Source: Octopus sinensis (taxonomy: Eukaryota). Taken from it: a DNA stretch of 64,000 nucleotides. The stretch lies in the NCBI RefSeq assembly GCF_006345805.1, contig NW_021831987.1, positions 1 to 64,000 on the forward strand. The letters run 5' to 3'. Under the pieces are notes generated by a model. It searched no databases. It was not told where the DNA came from and worked only from the letters and a program-made list of their open reading frames with translations. A program made the translations under genes and the position numbers. Every line of letters begins with the position of its first letter. Position 1 is the first letter of the stretch. Below are positions 52,858-64,000 of the stretch, in pieces.

Positions 52858-53178
52858 GATCTTCGTCGGTTACCACGATGAGTGTTCCAATTGATCCTAT
52901 TACCCCGAACAGCCTGCTCGTGAAATTATCGTTCACGTGGCTGAGCACTCCACAGACACGTGTACTCTTAACGTAGTTTTCGGGAATATACAGCGTGACA
53001 GAGTGCGATGAGGCTGGGCCTTTCAATTACGGGTACAATTTATTTCTGCAAGCTGAATGGACTGGAGCAACGTGAAACAGAGTGTCTTGTTCAAGGATAG
53101 AATTCCCCGCCGAGGATTGATCTGATGACCTCACGATCGTGAAATGAAAACTCTAACCACCTACCCACATGCCTTCAC
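52858..53178 (-). mobile_element. CORE-like SINE
   Basis: Homology to 29093 and 15065. Confidence 0.8.
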
Positions 53179-53329
53179 TAATTTTCAATTAGGTAATGAG
53201 ATCAACTGTATTTTTAGTACCTTCTTAGTAAGAGAAAAGTGATATTTTTAAGAAAGAGGCGTCGATGGATGGCAACTAATCTGTGGAAAATCCGATAAAA
53301 TATTTCATCCCATTTAAAAGTAAGCACTT

Positions 53330-53720
53330 ATGCGGTGAGCTGGCAGAAATGTTAGCACGCCGGGTGAAATGCTTAGCTATATTTCGTGTGTCTTTACATT
53401 CTGAGTTCAAATTCTGCCGAGGACGTCTTCGCCTTTCATCCTTTTGGGGTCGATAAATTAAGTACCAGTTGCGTACTGGGGTCGATCTAATTGAATAGCC
53501 CCCTCCCCAAAAATTTCGGGCCTTGTGCCGAGTGTTGAAAAGAGTATGCTTAGCTGTATTTCATACATCGCTACGTTCTGAGTTCAAATTCCGTCGAGGT
53601 CGACTTTGCCTATCATCTGTTGGCGTCGATAAATTAAGCATCAGTTAAGTACTGGGGTCGATGTAATCGAATCATACCCTCCCTAAAATTTCAGGCCTTG
53701 CGCCTATAGTAGAAAGGATA
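53330..53720 (+). mobile_element. SINE family C (dimeric)
   Basis: Homology to 10948. Confidence 0.85.
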
Positions 53721-54249
53721 AAGTAAGCCCAAGTCGAGTACTGAAAGCATCAGTTTTATTTATTTTATTTATTCCCTACGAAGCTGTGGTCTTTTACCAG
53801 GGCTGGAAAGATTTGTTCATAACAAAGTAGATAGACATGGCGTGGAGTGGAAGGAACCGTAAAATGGTGGATAAGATTAAACGCAGTATATTTGTTAGAA
53901 CCACCACTTACATTACGGATTCACACTTCACCGGAGCCGATAAATTAAATTAATCATATACCTGGGTAGATTTAATGGGCCAAGGGGTTATGTAATGAAC
54001 AATATTAACAAAGTTTAATTAGCTAAAATTTTACTATTTTGTGAGAGAAAACAATACAAAAACAAAATGGTTGCAATTGTTAGCAATTTAGAGGGGAAAG
54101 GAATGATATTTTCAGAAAATTAACAATCACTTTACAATGCCAGTTTATATGTTGAGCAAAAGAAAAGTCCGTTATTTGTTTGCCGGTAAGTAACAACTAT
54201 GAATATGTTTTGGTCTATTACACCTCATCAGCATAGTTATAGTCAATAT

Positions 54250-54955
54250 TCTTTCCTACTCTTGGCACGAGGCCCGAAATTTTGGGAGAAGGGGGCCAGT
54301 CAGTTAGATCGACCCCAATATACAATTTATAGACCTCCGAAAGGATGAAAGGCAAAGTCGACTGAGGCGGAACTTGAACTCAGAACGTAAAGATAGGCGA
54401 AATACCGCTAAGCATCTACGTCCGGGCGCGCTAATGTTTCTGCCAGCTCGCCGCCTTATAGTTATAGTCGATATTCGCCACTCGTTTCTTATGAATATGT
54501 GACATTGTATTAAATAAAGAAGTCAATGTTGACTCAGATCGAACTTTATACTAAATTACTCTTCATTTATCTGAATGAAAGAAAGGTCTTTATATAAACG
54601 GCGTGAAAGCGACAAAACATGAGAATCGTTCGCACAGCGGTGATAACGCTTAACGATATTTCTTCCAGTTGTTTACGTTCTGAGTTCAAATCCCGCCGTA
54701 TTCGTCTTTGTCCTTTATCCCTCCAGCGTCGATAAAATAAAGTATCAATGGATTACTGGGGGTTGATGTAATCGACTTTCACATCCCCCCCTCAGAATTG
54801 CTGGCGTTGTGCCGAAATTAGAAAGAACTAAGCCTGAAATTTTTTGGGGAGTTGGGTTAAATCGATTACATCAACCCCAGTGTTCAGCTGGTTCTTAATT
54901 TACCGATCCTGAAAGGATGAAAGTTAAAATTCAACCTCGGCGGAATTTAAACTCT
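54250..54955. mobile_element. Three SINE family C copies (-, +, -)
   Basis: Cores at about 54340 (-), 54690 (+) and 54910 (-). Confidence 0.75.
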
Positions 54956-56306
54956 TAAGAATTAAGAATTATTGATATCGGCGTGGATAGCCGTGGAGTT
55001 TTGCATATGATTATAAACCCTGAAATCGATATGAATTGCATATATTTTCCTTATTATGTATATGTAAGCCATTCTTACAAAATGGAAAATGTCCATGATA
55101 TAAGGTTTTGATTCTAATGGTTAATAGTTTTCGCTTTCTTTCACACGCTAAACTCAAACAGCAGGCTTCTTCAGCGAAGAGATTAGAAACAGAGTCTAGT
55201 CGAGTAGCTTTACTGACTGCGTTAGCTGTCTCGTATTACCTTAATTTAGTGGCACCAAGGTTCCGAGTTAAGTTATTGAATATGCTCGAAATTGCAGTGG
55301 GGCTCAGGGAAATGCTAACTCAATCTTTCTGCCTTTTCCCCTAACTTCTAAACTAATTCAAAGTCATTATCCCCATGTTGCAGCCATCGTGGCAATGTAA
55401 TAAACAGCTCACAACTTGTCGCGCTTAGTCGTTCGGTGGAGATTTCCTGGGTGCCATAGGTCTGCTCGATCAAAGCTATCCTGGGGCTACACAAACAACA
55501 ACAACAGCAACAACACGCGACTAATTAATCACATATAAAGTAGAGGTTTAAAGTATTTTACTTTAACTGTTTTAACAAACTATCTTATCTCGGTTTTTCA
55601 ATTTAACATGTTAAAAGATAAAATATATAGTTTTTAATAAAATCTGCGAATCATTCATATTAACTTTCTGCCAATGCGCAAAGGAAAAAGCTGGCAGAAA
55701 AGCAGGTCTCTGGGTCCTTAGTGCTGCCAACTAAAACGATACACGGTGTTTATCTTCGGGTACCCGAAGTAATACGATTCTTTACTATATGAATGAACGT
55801 GGTTGAGATTAGGACGTTTTGGCACGTCTCACACTTAACTGCCTTGGGTTATTATAAAATACTTACTCAAAGTGTCGTGCAATGGGACTGAACCTGAAAC
55901 CGCGGGATTGCAAGGCGAGCCTCTTAACAACATAACAATACCTGCATCTGAGTCCAAATATAAAAATAACAGGTGCGTATGTGGCTTCAATAACTTTTCC
56001 TGCGAGTTTTAAAACAAAATTTTGTCTTAATAAAACAGATGTGTCTCTTCTTCTAATAAAACGACAGAAGATAATCCTGCTTATCGTGATTGAAAGAATT
56101 TATTACAATAATTGAAATTCAGTGCGTTTCTTTCCGCTGGTTTAATTCAAACTCTCCAGTCCTTGAATACCTTTAGCAGATTTCCTTCTGTCGAAAGAAT
56201 TCGAACCAGGCCTTCGGCTTCAGCAAAATTTCCTTCCAAAAGTTTCGGTGGGTGTGATAAATATTTATGAACATCGCCTTTCCATTGTTGATTATGTCAT
56301 AAAAAA

Positions 56307-56690
56307 GTGGAGGCGCAATGGCTCAGTGGTTAGGGCAGTGGACTCTCGGTCGTAGGATCGCGGTTTCGCTTCCCAGACTGGGCGTTCTGAGTGTTTATTG
56401 CGTGAAAACACCTAAAGCTCTACGAGGTTCCGGCAGGCGGTGGTGACGAGTCCTGCTGTACTCTTTCAGCACAACTTTCTCTCACTCTTTCTTTCTGTTG
56501 TACCTGTATTTCAAAGGGCCGGCCTTGTCACACTCTGTGTCACGCTGAATCTCCCTCGAGAACTACGTTAAGGGTACACATGTCTGTGGAGTGCTCAGCC
56601 ACTTGCACGTTAATTTCACGAGCGAGCTGTTCTGTTGATCAGATCAACTGGAACCCTCGTCGTTGTAACCGATGGAGGTCCACGACGACG
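56307..56690 (+). mobile_element. SINE family B, full length
   Basis: tRNA-like head and conserved tail. Confidence 0.9.
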
Positions 56691-56765
56691 ACGATGCCAT
56701 AAAAGATTTTAAGTGTCGAAAAAAAAACTTAAAGAAAAAAAGCTGGGAAATATATGTAAACTTGA

Positions 56766-57180
56766 AGGTGCAGACATAGCTGTGTGGTTAAGAAGCTTTT
56801 TTGCAACCATGTGGTTTCGGTTTCAGTTCCAATGTGTGGCAGAACCTTGGGCAAGTGTCATCTAATGTAACCCCGAGCCGATCAATGCCTTGTGATAGAA
56901 TTTGGTAGAAAAAAAGTATATGTGTGTGTGTGTTTGTGTGTAGATATATAGATATATATATGCGTGCGCGCGTGCGTGTGTATGTATCTTTGTGTTTGTG
57001 CTTGATCCCATGCCATCACTTGACAACCGGTACTGGTTTGTTTACGTCCTCGTAACTTAGCGTTTCAGCGGCACTGACTGATCGAATAAGTACTGGGTCG
57101 ATTTGCTTGACTAAACCCTTCACGGTGGCGACCCAGCATGGCCGTTGTCCAATGAGCGAAAAAAGTAAAAGATAAAAGAT
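56766..57180 (+). mobile_element. SINE family A, diverged
   Basis: Homology to 31911. Confidence 0.8.
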
Positions 57181-57620
57181 ATTTCATATTGCTACAAAAT
57201 TTTTGCAGAAAACAAAAAACAAAAAAAAGGAAAAATCAAGAAAGACTGGAATAATGACCTGGAAACAAAACAAGATAAATAAGTTTATAATTTTTACACA
57301 AACACCGAAATTTTCGAGGAAGGTCCAGCTGATTGCAGGGACTAGAACGGAGGAATGGCGGCGTTACCTTTGTTGAAATTTGAAATTAGAACCCAAAGTG
57401 TTGTAATTAAATATCGCAGGTATCAATAGAGCAGCGTTTTTAGCATGAAATTATATTCTGTAAGCAATGCAAATTGTTTTACCAAACTTGCCAAAGATAG
57501 TCTTCATAAACAAGTTGAGAAGTTTCGAATTTCAAGAGTCAATTTTAGATGAAACCGTTCTACTGCTTCATCTTAAATATAAACATCGAACTTCCGTTGA
57601 GGCAGCAGCAGCAACAACAG

Positions 57621-58135
57621 TGTGGAGGCGCAATGGCCCAGTGGTTAGGGCAGCGGACTCGCGGTCGTAAGAACACGGTTTCGATTCCCAGACCGAGCAT
57701 TGTGAGTGTTTATTGAGCAAAAGCACCTAAGCTCCACGACGCTCCGGCGGCGTGGGGGATGAACCCCGCTGTACTCTTTCACCACAACTTTTTCTCACTC
57801 TTTCTTCCTACTTCTACCACAAAGCAGAGGAACCATGGTGTAACCCACTATTGTGTGGTAAACTTTCAGACCCTAGTCTAGATTGCGAATCCTCTATACC
57901 CCAGTATGGTTCAGCACTCCACCCGTTAAAAGCCACCGTTTACGGAATGAGGATAAAAACGTAGCTTTCGCGCTCGTGCAACCGCCAGTCTATCGTGTGT
58001 GGTGGGTGGATCTTCAAGTTGCCACACGCATTCTTAGTAGCTTAGGTTAGGCTCGAATTAGAGATTATTCTTTGTGGCTAATAGCGTGAGTCTTGATTGG
58101 AAGAAGAAGAAGATGAAGAAGAAGAAGAAGAAGAA
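57621..58135 (+). mobile_element. Full chimeric SINE: family B head plus novel tail and (GAA)n
   Basis: GTGGAGGCGCAATGGCCCAGTGG head; switches to the tail shared with 52400-52690. Confidence 0.85.
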
Positions 58136-58489
58136 CAACAACAACAACAACAACAACACCAACAACTCAACAACAACAACAACACCAACAACTCAACAAC
58201 AACAACAACAACAACAGTGATGCCAATAACAACGGCAACCATAATAATAACTATTACAACGACAATTAAGTTGCTTATGTGTTGGGTGCTCTACTGGTTC
58301 TATAATCCAGCGCTAATAAAAAGAGTTATTTTCTGCCCGTTTCACATATTTTCGACCGGCGAAACGGTGGGAGCGATTAAGTCAATTGAAATGGCTCCAT
58401 TACATGACTGGTGCACATTGTATGGAACCAAGGAGGGTGAAAAGTAAAGTTTGTATCGACCAGATTTGAACTCGAACATGAAGTGCAAC

Positions 58490-58970
58490 ACTTGAAGCAG
58501 GGAGATTAGCCTTGACTCCACTCAATACAAATGGAGAGACACCTTCAGTAAAAGCTTCAAGCTGGAACTTTTAATAATCTGGTCAGTAGGGTTATGTGGG
58601 TGCTGTAGAAGCCACCCAGATGATCTGCAATTCTTGCCTGCAGTACATCATATCGAACGCCTCTCGATTACTTGGCCTTGGTGTCATTCATCCTTAGGGT
58701 CCATGCTTCACACACATAGAACCCTACTGATCAAATTTTTAGAAGTTTCAGCTTTTTTTTTTTTTTTGCTTAAGGTGCAGTCTCACCATTTATATTGAAT
58801 GGAATCAGGGATGAATTTTATGCTCCATGTATTGTTCTGATTTCCTTGTTGCAGGCCTTTCTTTAGTCAACAATGAAGCCCAGATATTTGAACTTGTCGG
58901 CATGGGTTAGCGTGACCCCCCCTTGACACTCTATGGTAAACTTCACTTTGTCCCTGGTGCTGTCACAACA
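58490..58970 (-). pseudogene. RTE-like RT fragment with an inverted partial duplicate
   Basis: Minus strand THADKFKYLGFIV..CNKEIR and KLKLLK..CEAWTL; 58510-58598 is an inverted homolog of 58710-58810. Confidence 0.6.
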
Positions 58971-59696
58971 AAAAGAGATGCAATCAAATACTGCAAGGTC
59001 ATTTTCCGATTTATCTATGACAACGAACAGAAATAAAATATTTACCGATTTTTAAAATTTAAAACAAGTTTAACAATTATGGATTCCTGTTCCTAAATGG
59101 ACGTTTATGGTTGTGAAGCGAACTTCTAAACACAGCCACGTTTGTTCCTCTCAGCACATGGCTCTTACCTCGATTTCATTCTCTGGGTACATAACTGCGT
59201 GTGTATGTGTGTGTGTGCGTGTGTGTGTATTTATCTCTGTGAATGTAAATGTGTATGTATATCGGTTATGTGTGTGCGTGTGTATCTGTATGATGCATTT
59301 GTGTATCTCTTTCTGTCTCTCTCCCACTGTGTGCTTGTGCCTGTATATCTCTCATTGTCTCTGTCTCAGTCTCTGTGAACTTGCCTCTCTCTCTTCCTCT
59401 CTCTCCGCCCTCCTTCTTTCTTCTAACGCTCTCTCTCACTCTCCTTGACACTCATACTCTTTCTTTCACTCCCCTTCGCCTCTCCTTCTTATCAATACTT
59501 CCTCTCTCTCACACATACACATACACACAAACAGATCATAACTATCACTGTAACCACCACCACCACTACCGCCACCACCACTACCACCACCACTACAACC
59601 ACCACCACCGCCGCCACGCTATGTTGTCTATTTCATTGTGGAAAGTTTAAAATACAAAAATGAACATTTTGTTTGTATATTCATTTACAATATATA

Positions 59697-59748
<52 letters not shown>

Positions 59749-59798
59749 CACACACACACATATATATATATATATAAGTATATGTATATGTATATGTA

Positions 59799-59854
<56 letters not shown>

Positions 59855-59984
59855 TATATACATATACTTTATATATATATATGTGTGTGTGTGTGTATAT
59901 ATATGTATGTATACTTATACACACATATATATGCTTATATACATACATAAATACATACATATACATACATGTACACACATATTC

Positions 59985-60017
<33 letters not shown>

Positions 60018-60171
60018 TGTATGTAGAACATATTTTTTGCAACACTTTGAAAGCATCAAATTACAAGAGCAGTGAGATTGCAGCAGCAGCGACGTCTGTT
60101 GATGGAGATGTGGGTTGGTTTGACAGGACAGTGGCACCAGTGTTAGGTCGATTAGCTCTGCTCTGCTCTGC

Positions 60172-60269
<98 letters not shown>

Positions 60270-60409
60270 GGAGGCAAGTGGTAGACACATCAGTTCGCTG
60301 CTAGGAAGGAGTATTTTTAGCAATTTCGAGCAATGAATTAGACAAAAACGGTGGAGTACCGGACTAAATTTTGAGGTTTTTTTAGAAGCCGTTGATGTTG
60401 TTGATATGT

Positions 60410-60870
60410 CACCGGAGGTGGTGGTGGTGGTGATGATGGTTGGTGTTCATGGTAATGGTGGTGGTGTTCATGGTAGTGGTGGTGGCGTTCATGGTGGTGG
60501 TGGTGGTGGTGGTGGTGGTGGTAGTGGTGGTGGTGGTGGTAGTGGTAGTGGTGGTGGTGTTCCTGGTGGTGGTGGTGGTGGTGGTGTTGGTAGTGGTGGT
60601 GGTGTTCCTGCTGGTGGTGGTGGTGGTGGTGGTGGTGGTGGTGATGGTTGGTGTTCATGGTAGTGGTGGTGGCGTTCATGGTGGTGGTGGTGGTGGTGGT
60701 GGTGTTCCTGGTGGTGGTGGTGGTGGTGGTGGTGGTGGTGGTGATGGTTGTTGTGGTGTTAGTTGTGGTGGTGCTGGTGGTGGTGATATTGTTAATATTG
60801 GGGTTGGTAGAGTAGATAGTGCTGTTGTTGTTGTTGCTGGTGGTGGTGGTGGTGGTGCTAGTGTTGGTTA
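60410..60870. repeat. (GGT)n-based complex microsatellite
   Basis: GGT runs punctuated by GTTCAT/GTTCCT. Confidence 0.9.
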
Positions 60871-61182
60871 GTTCCATATCAGTCTTGCTGATCCAGCTGG
60901 TCTGTTACTAAAGGCGCTTCAACCGTGACTTTATCAGTGATTCTTTCTACCTTTAATTGGTGAAGCTCGCTTTACAATGATGTCGTTTCGTGTTCATTCC
61001 CGGTACAGCCCTGTTCAATACAGAAGAATAAAGCAAAACAAAAAAAAAAGACAACCTTTGGACAAGATTGTCTTTAATCTTTTCCTTTCCAAGTTGCTAA
61101 AACTCCTCTGCAAGAAACTAGAGACCATTCAATGAAGAGAGGGAAGAAACAGCGATATCAACATTTTATTTTTATTACCATA

Positions 61183-61553
61183 CTAGCAGTATCGCCCGGC
61201 GTTGCTCGGGTTTGTAAGGGAAATAACTATAAAGCATTTTTAGAGAGTTATAGCCAAAAAATGGAAAAAATATTATGGTAATTTTTTTGAGAGTTAAAAA
61301 GGTCGAGTTGCGTCCCCTAGACAGTCTCTGGTTTGTGTTTCTGATTCTCGACCCCATGTCGAATTTATCGATTCTTTTCAGAACTAGGGGAACTTTTCAA
61401 AATTTTCGCTGCGTTAGTTTTGAATTATGACATTGGGCTATGTGTGTGTCAAGTTTCATCAGAATCGGTTGAAAGCCGTGGTCAGGGTGAGGGTACAACC
61501 TAACAGACACACAGACACGCAGACAGACAAACTGCCGTTTATATAGAGAGAGA
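61183..61553 (-). mobile_element. Non-autonomous Helitron, different 5' subfamily
   Basis: Same 3' hairpin and CTAG as 8175; TC start at 61553. Confidence 0.8.
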
Positions 61554-61555
61554 TG

Positions 61556-61890
61556 GGCGCAGGAGTGGCTGTGTGGTAAGTAGATGGCTTACCAACCACA
61601 TGGATCCGAGTTCAGTCCCACTGCGTGGCACCTTGTGATTGGATTTGGCAGACGGAAATTGAAAGAAACCCGTTGTATATATATGTGTGTGCGTGTGTGT
61701 GTGTGTGTCATCCTCGCATGTAAACCGATGCTGGTGTGTTTATGTATACGTGACTTAGCTGTTCGGCAAAAGAAACCGATAGAATAAGTACTAGGCTTAC
61801 AAAGAATAAGTCTTGAGGTCGATTTGTTCGACTAAAGGCGGTGCTCCAGCATGGCTGCAGTCAAATGACTGAAATAAATAAAAGAAAAAA
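61556..61890 (+). mobile_element. SINE family A with internal deletions
   Basis: Homology to 31911. Confidence 0.85.
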
Positions 61891-62498
61891 GAAAAAGAGA
61901 AGAAAAAAGACCTTTCCATGTAGTTGATTCAGAGAAAAGAAAAGACAAGGAATGAAAAACCTCTCCCTCGTAGTTGACTGGTTCATTATTTATGCGATAG
62001 ATAAAACGCTGTTCCAACCTGGGTCGGATTTGAACCGAAGGGGTTACACTATACTTTCCGACGCTGTAGTACCTCCTTCGATTCGCCGCTTTGCTCACAT
62101 CAGAAATGTCTCCCATTGAAGTTCTTTTCACTTTGAGCCGATCTGGGGGTTAATCGACGACAGCATCAACCTCTAAAGAATATGGGATGTACCTCTATGT
62201 ACATAAGACAATGTGAATGCGATTGTATAGGTGTAACTGTATTTCTGTATTTAATCGTGTGTGTGTGTGTGTGTGTGTGTGAGTGTATGTGTGTGTGTGT
62301 GTGTGGTGTGTGTGTGTGTGCATGTATGTGGCAATTAGTTTTGCAGATGTATGCTTAACATTTTTAAAAGAGAAATCAATCTTGAGGTGCGTGTACATGT
62401 GTGTGCCTGTGTCTGTGTGAGTCTGAATACGTACTGAGGTGTGTGAGTATATATATATATATATATGTATATATATACATACAGACATGCATATATAT

Positions 62499-62561
<63 letters not shown>

Positions 62562-64000
62562 ATTAATCCCCTCACACCCCCCAAAAAAAAAAACGAAGAA
62601 AAAACACAGGAAGAAAACAACAACGTGAGGACGTGGTACATGCAAAGTATTAACAGACGCTACGGTGTATGCTAGTGTGTGTGTATGTACCTATATGAAT
62701 TTCAGCATTGGCTCAAAGCCACGTATTTTATGAAGAGGTTGAAGTCGCTTAAATTCCCACCAGTTCTTAATTGGTTGAAACTCGTTTTATCGACCCGGAA
62801 AGATAAGAAGTTAAGGCGATTCGAGAAGAATTTCATGATAGAAATTGAGTACCACACATGTGCGTACCTACCTACCTACCTACTCACATACACACATATG
62901 TACACCTATTAAATACTCATACATACATTACATGTATATGTGTGTGCATTACATATGCAGACACCAGACAAACAGACAAAAACACATACATACTCATAAA
63001 TGATATATATATATATATATACGCCGAATATAAATGTTCAGAGAGTGTCGACAAGTTTTCATAATGAACTCATTATTGTTCAATATATATATAATGTATT
63101 GATCCGTGGCAGAAAATTCAACAAAAATGTACTTCATGTGTTGTGAGATAAATATTATTACATGTGGTTTGCGCCTGAAGAATATGTTTAAGATCTCTCG
63201 ACATATGAAACTATTAGTAGCACATTTATATAGGCATTGTCACCTTTATATAAATAATATATATATATGTGTGTGTGTGAGTATGTGTGTGTGTATGTAT
63301 ACGTATGTATGTATAAAAATGTCTGTGCATGAATGTCCGTGTGTGTGTATGTATGTGTGTGTGTGTTTATTGTATTTTTCGAAAGAATGCTGACTGCATT
63401 CCTGATAATAATAATGTTGATATTGATGATAATTCCAACTCGTTTTACTTCAACGTTTCCTTGTTTTATTCAGGGGCCGTGGCTCTACTGGGACACCGCC
63501 ATTTATTTGAATACAAAAACTTTGAAATATGTAGGAAAATGAATAATTAAATAATTTACCCGTTGACTGAAGTTAATTTCAGATATCTATGGAAACGTTA
63601 ACGACTCATTGAAAATCGTGACTAGTGGGATGTTAACTATAAATATAATGGTAATATTTATTTTTTAATTTCATTTGTGATAATATATTGATCTTGTTAG
63701 CTTAGCAAGACATAGGATAATTTCTCTCTCTTCCTCAATGCAGTTAATAAATTTTTTGATATCCATGCATGATATATGATTTGAGATATAAATCTCTAAC
63801 GCACTTCACATAAATCTATCTTTTTTCAAATTATTACTGACGAAATCACTCTCACCTAATTACAACTACCGTTGATATTTTTATTTAGTTATAACAACAA
63901 TAATTCTTTATTAATAATAATATTATATAATTTTAATATCATTACCATTGATAATTATGTTATATAATTTTTATATTTTCTATATAAATAATTGTTACAA

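Noticed and set aside
60338-60877. Thr/His/Gly-rich ORFs (mucin- or beak-protein-like)
   Set aside because: GGT microsatellite open in multiple frames on both strands, with no splice or signal-peptide evidence.
61832-62131. 99-aa ORF with complex sequence
   Set aside because: No recognisable domain, and it runs into a SINE tail; cannot be supported as an exon.

Overview
Eukaryotic, AT-rich, repeat-saturated DNA with no recognisable intact host gene; it reads as an intergenic region or a large intron. The SINE families and microsatellite load suggest an octopus or other coleoid cephalopod (inference from recognition, no database search). Most ORFs in the supplied track are microsatellite translations. 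Contents: two 5'-truncated, frameshifted Penelope-like elements (RT + Cys linker + GIY-YIG, Neptune-type); three Tc1/mariner transposase relics; RTE and L1/Tx1 LINE relics; three non-autonomous Helitrons; MITEs; and about 30 tRNA-derived SINE copies from three main families. The notable signal is RNA-structural. At least 13 minimal type-I hammerhead ribozyme (HHR) motifs in three sequence families are present, plus weaker candidates. One family belongs to a non-coding element built as tRNA-like Pol III head + (AAT)n + HHR + tail. It occurs four times, each time as a head-to-head inverted unit bounded by an 8-13 bp target-site duplication (TSD), and two of its junctions map to ribozyme landmarks. 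Several other families show the same fold-back insertion architecture, and there is a mirror-symmetric 34-bp SINE-derived array. Coordinates were read by eye; element boundaries are approximate (about +/-10-20 nt) unless a motif is quoted.
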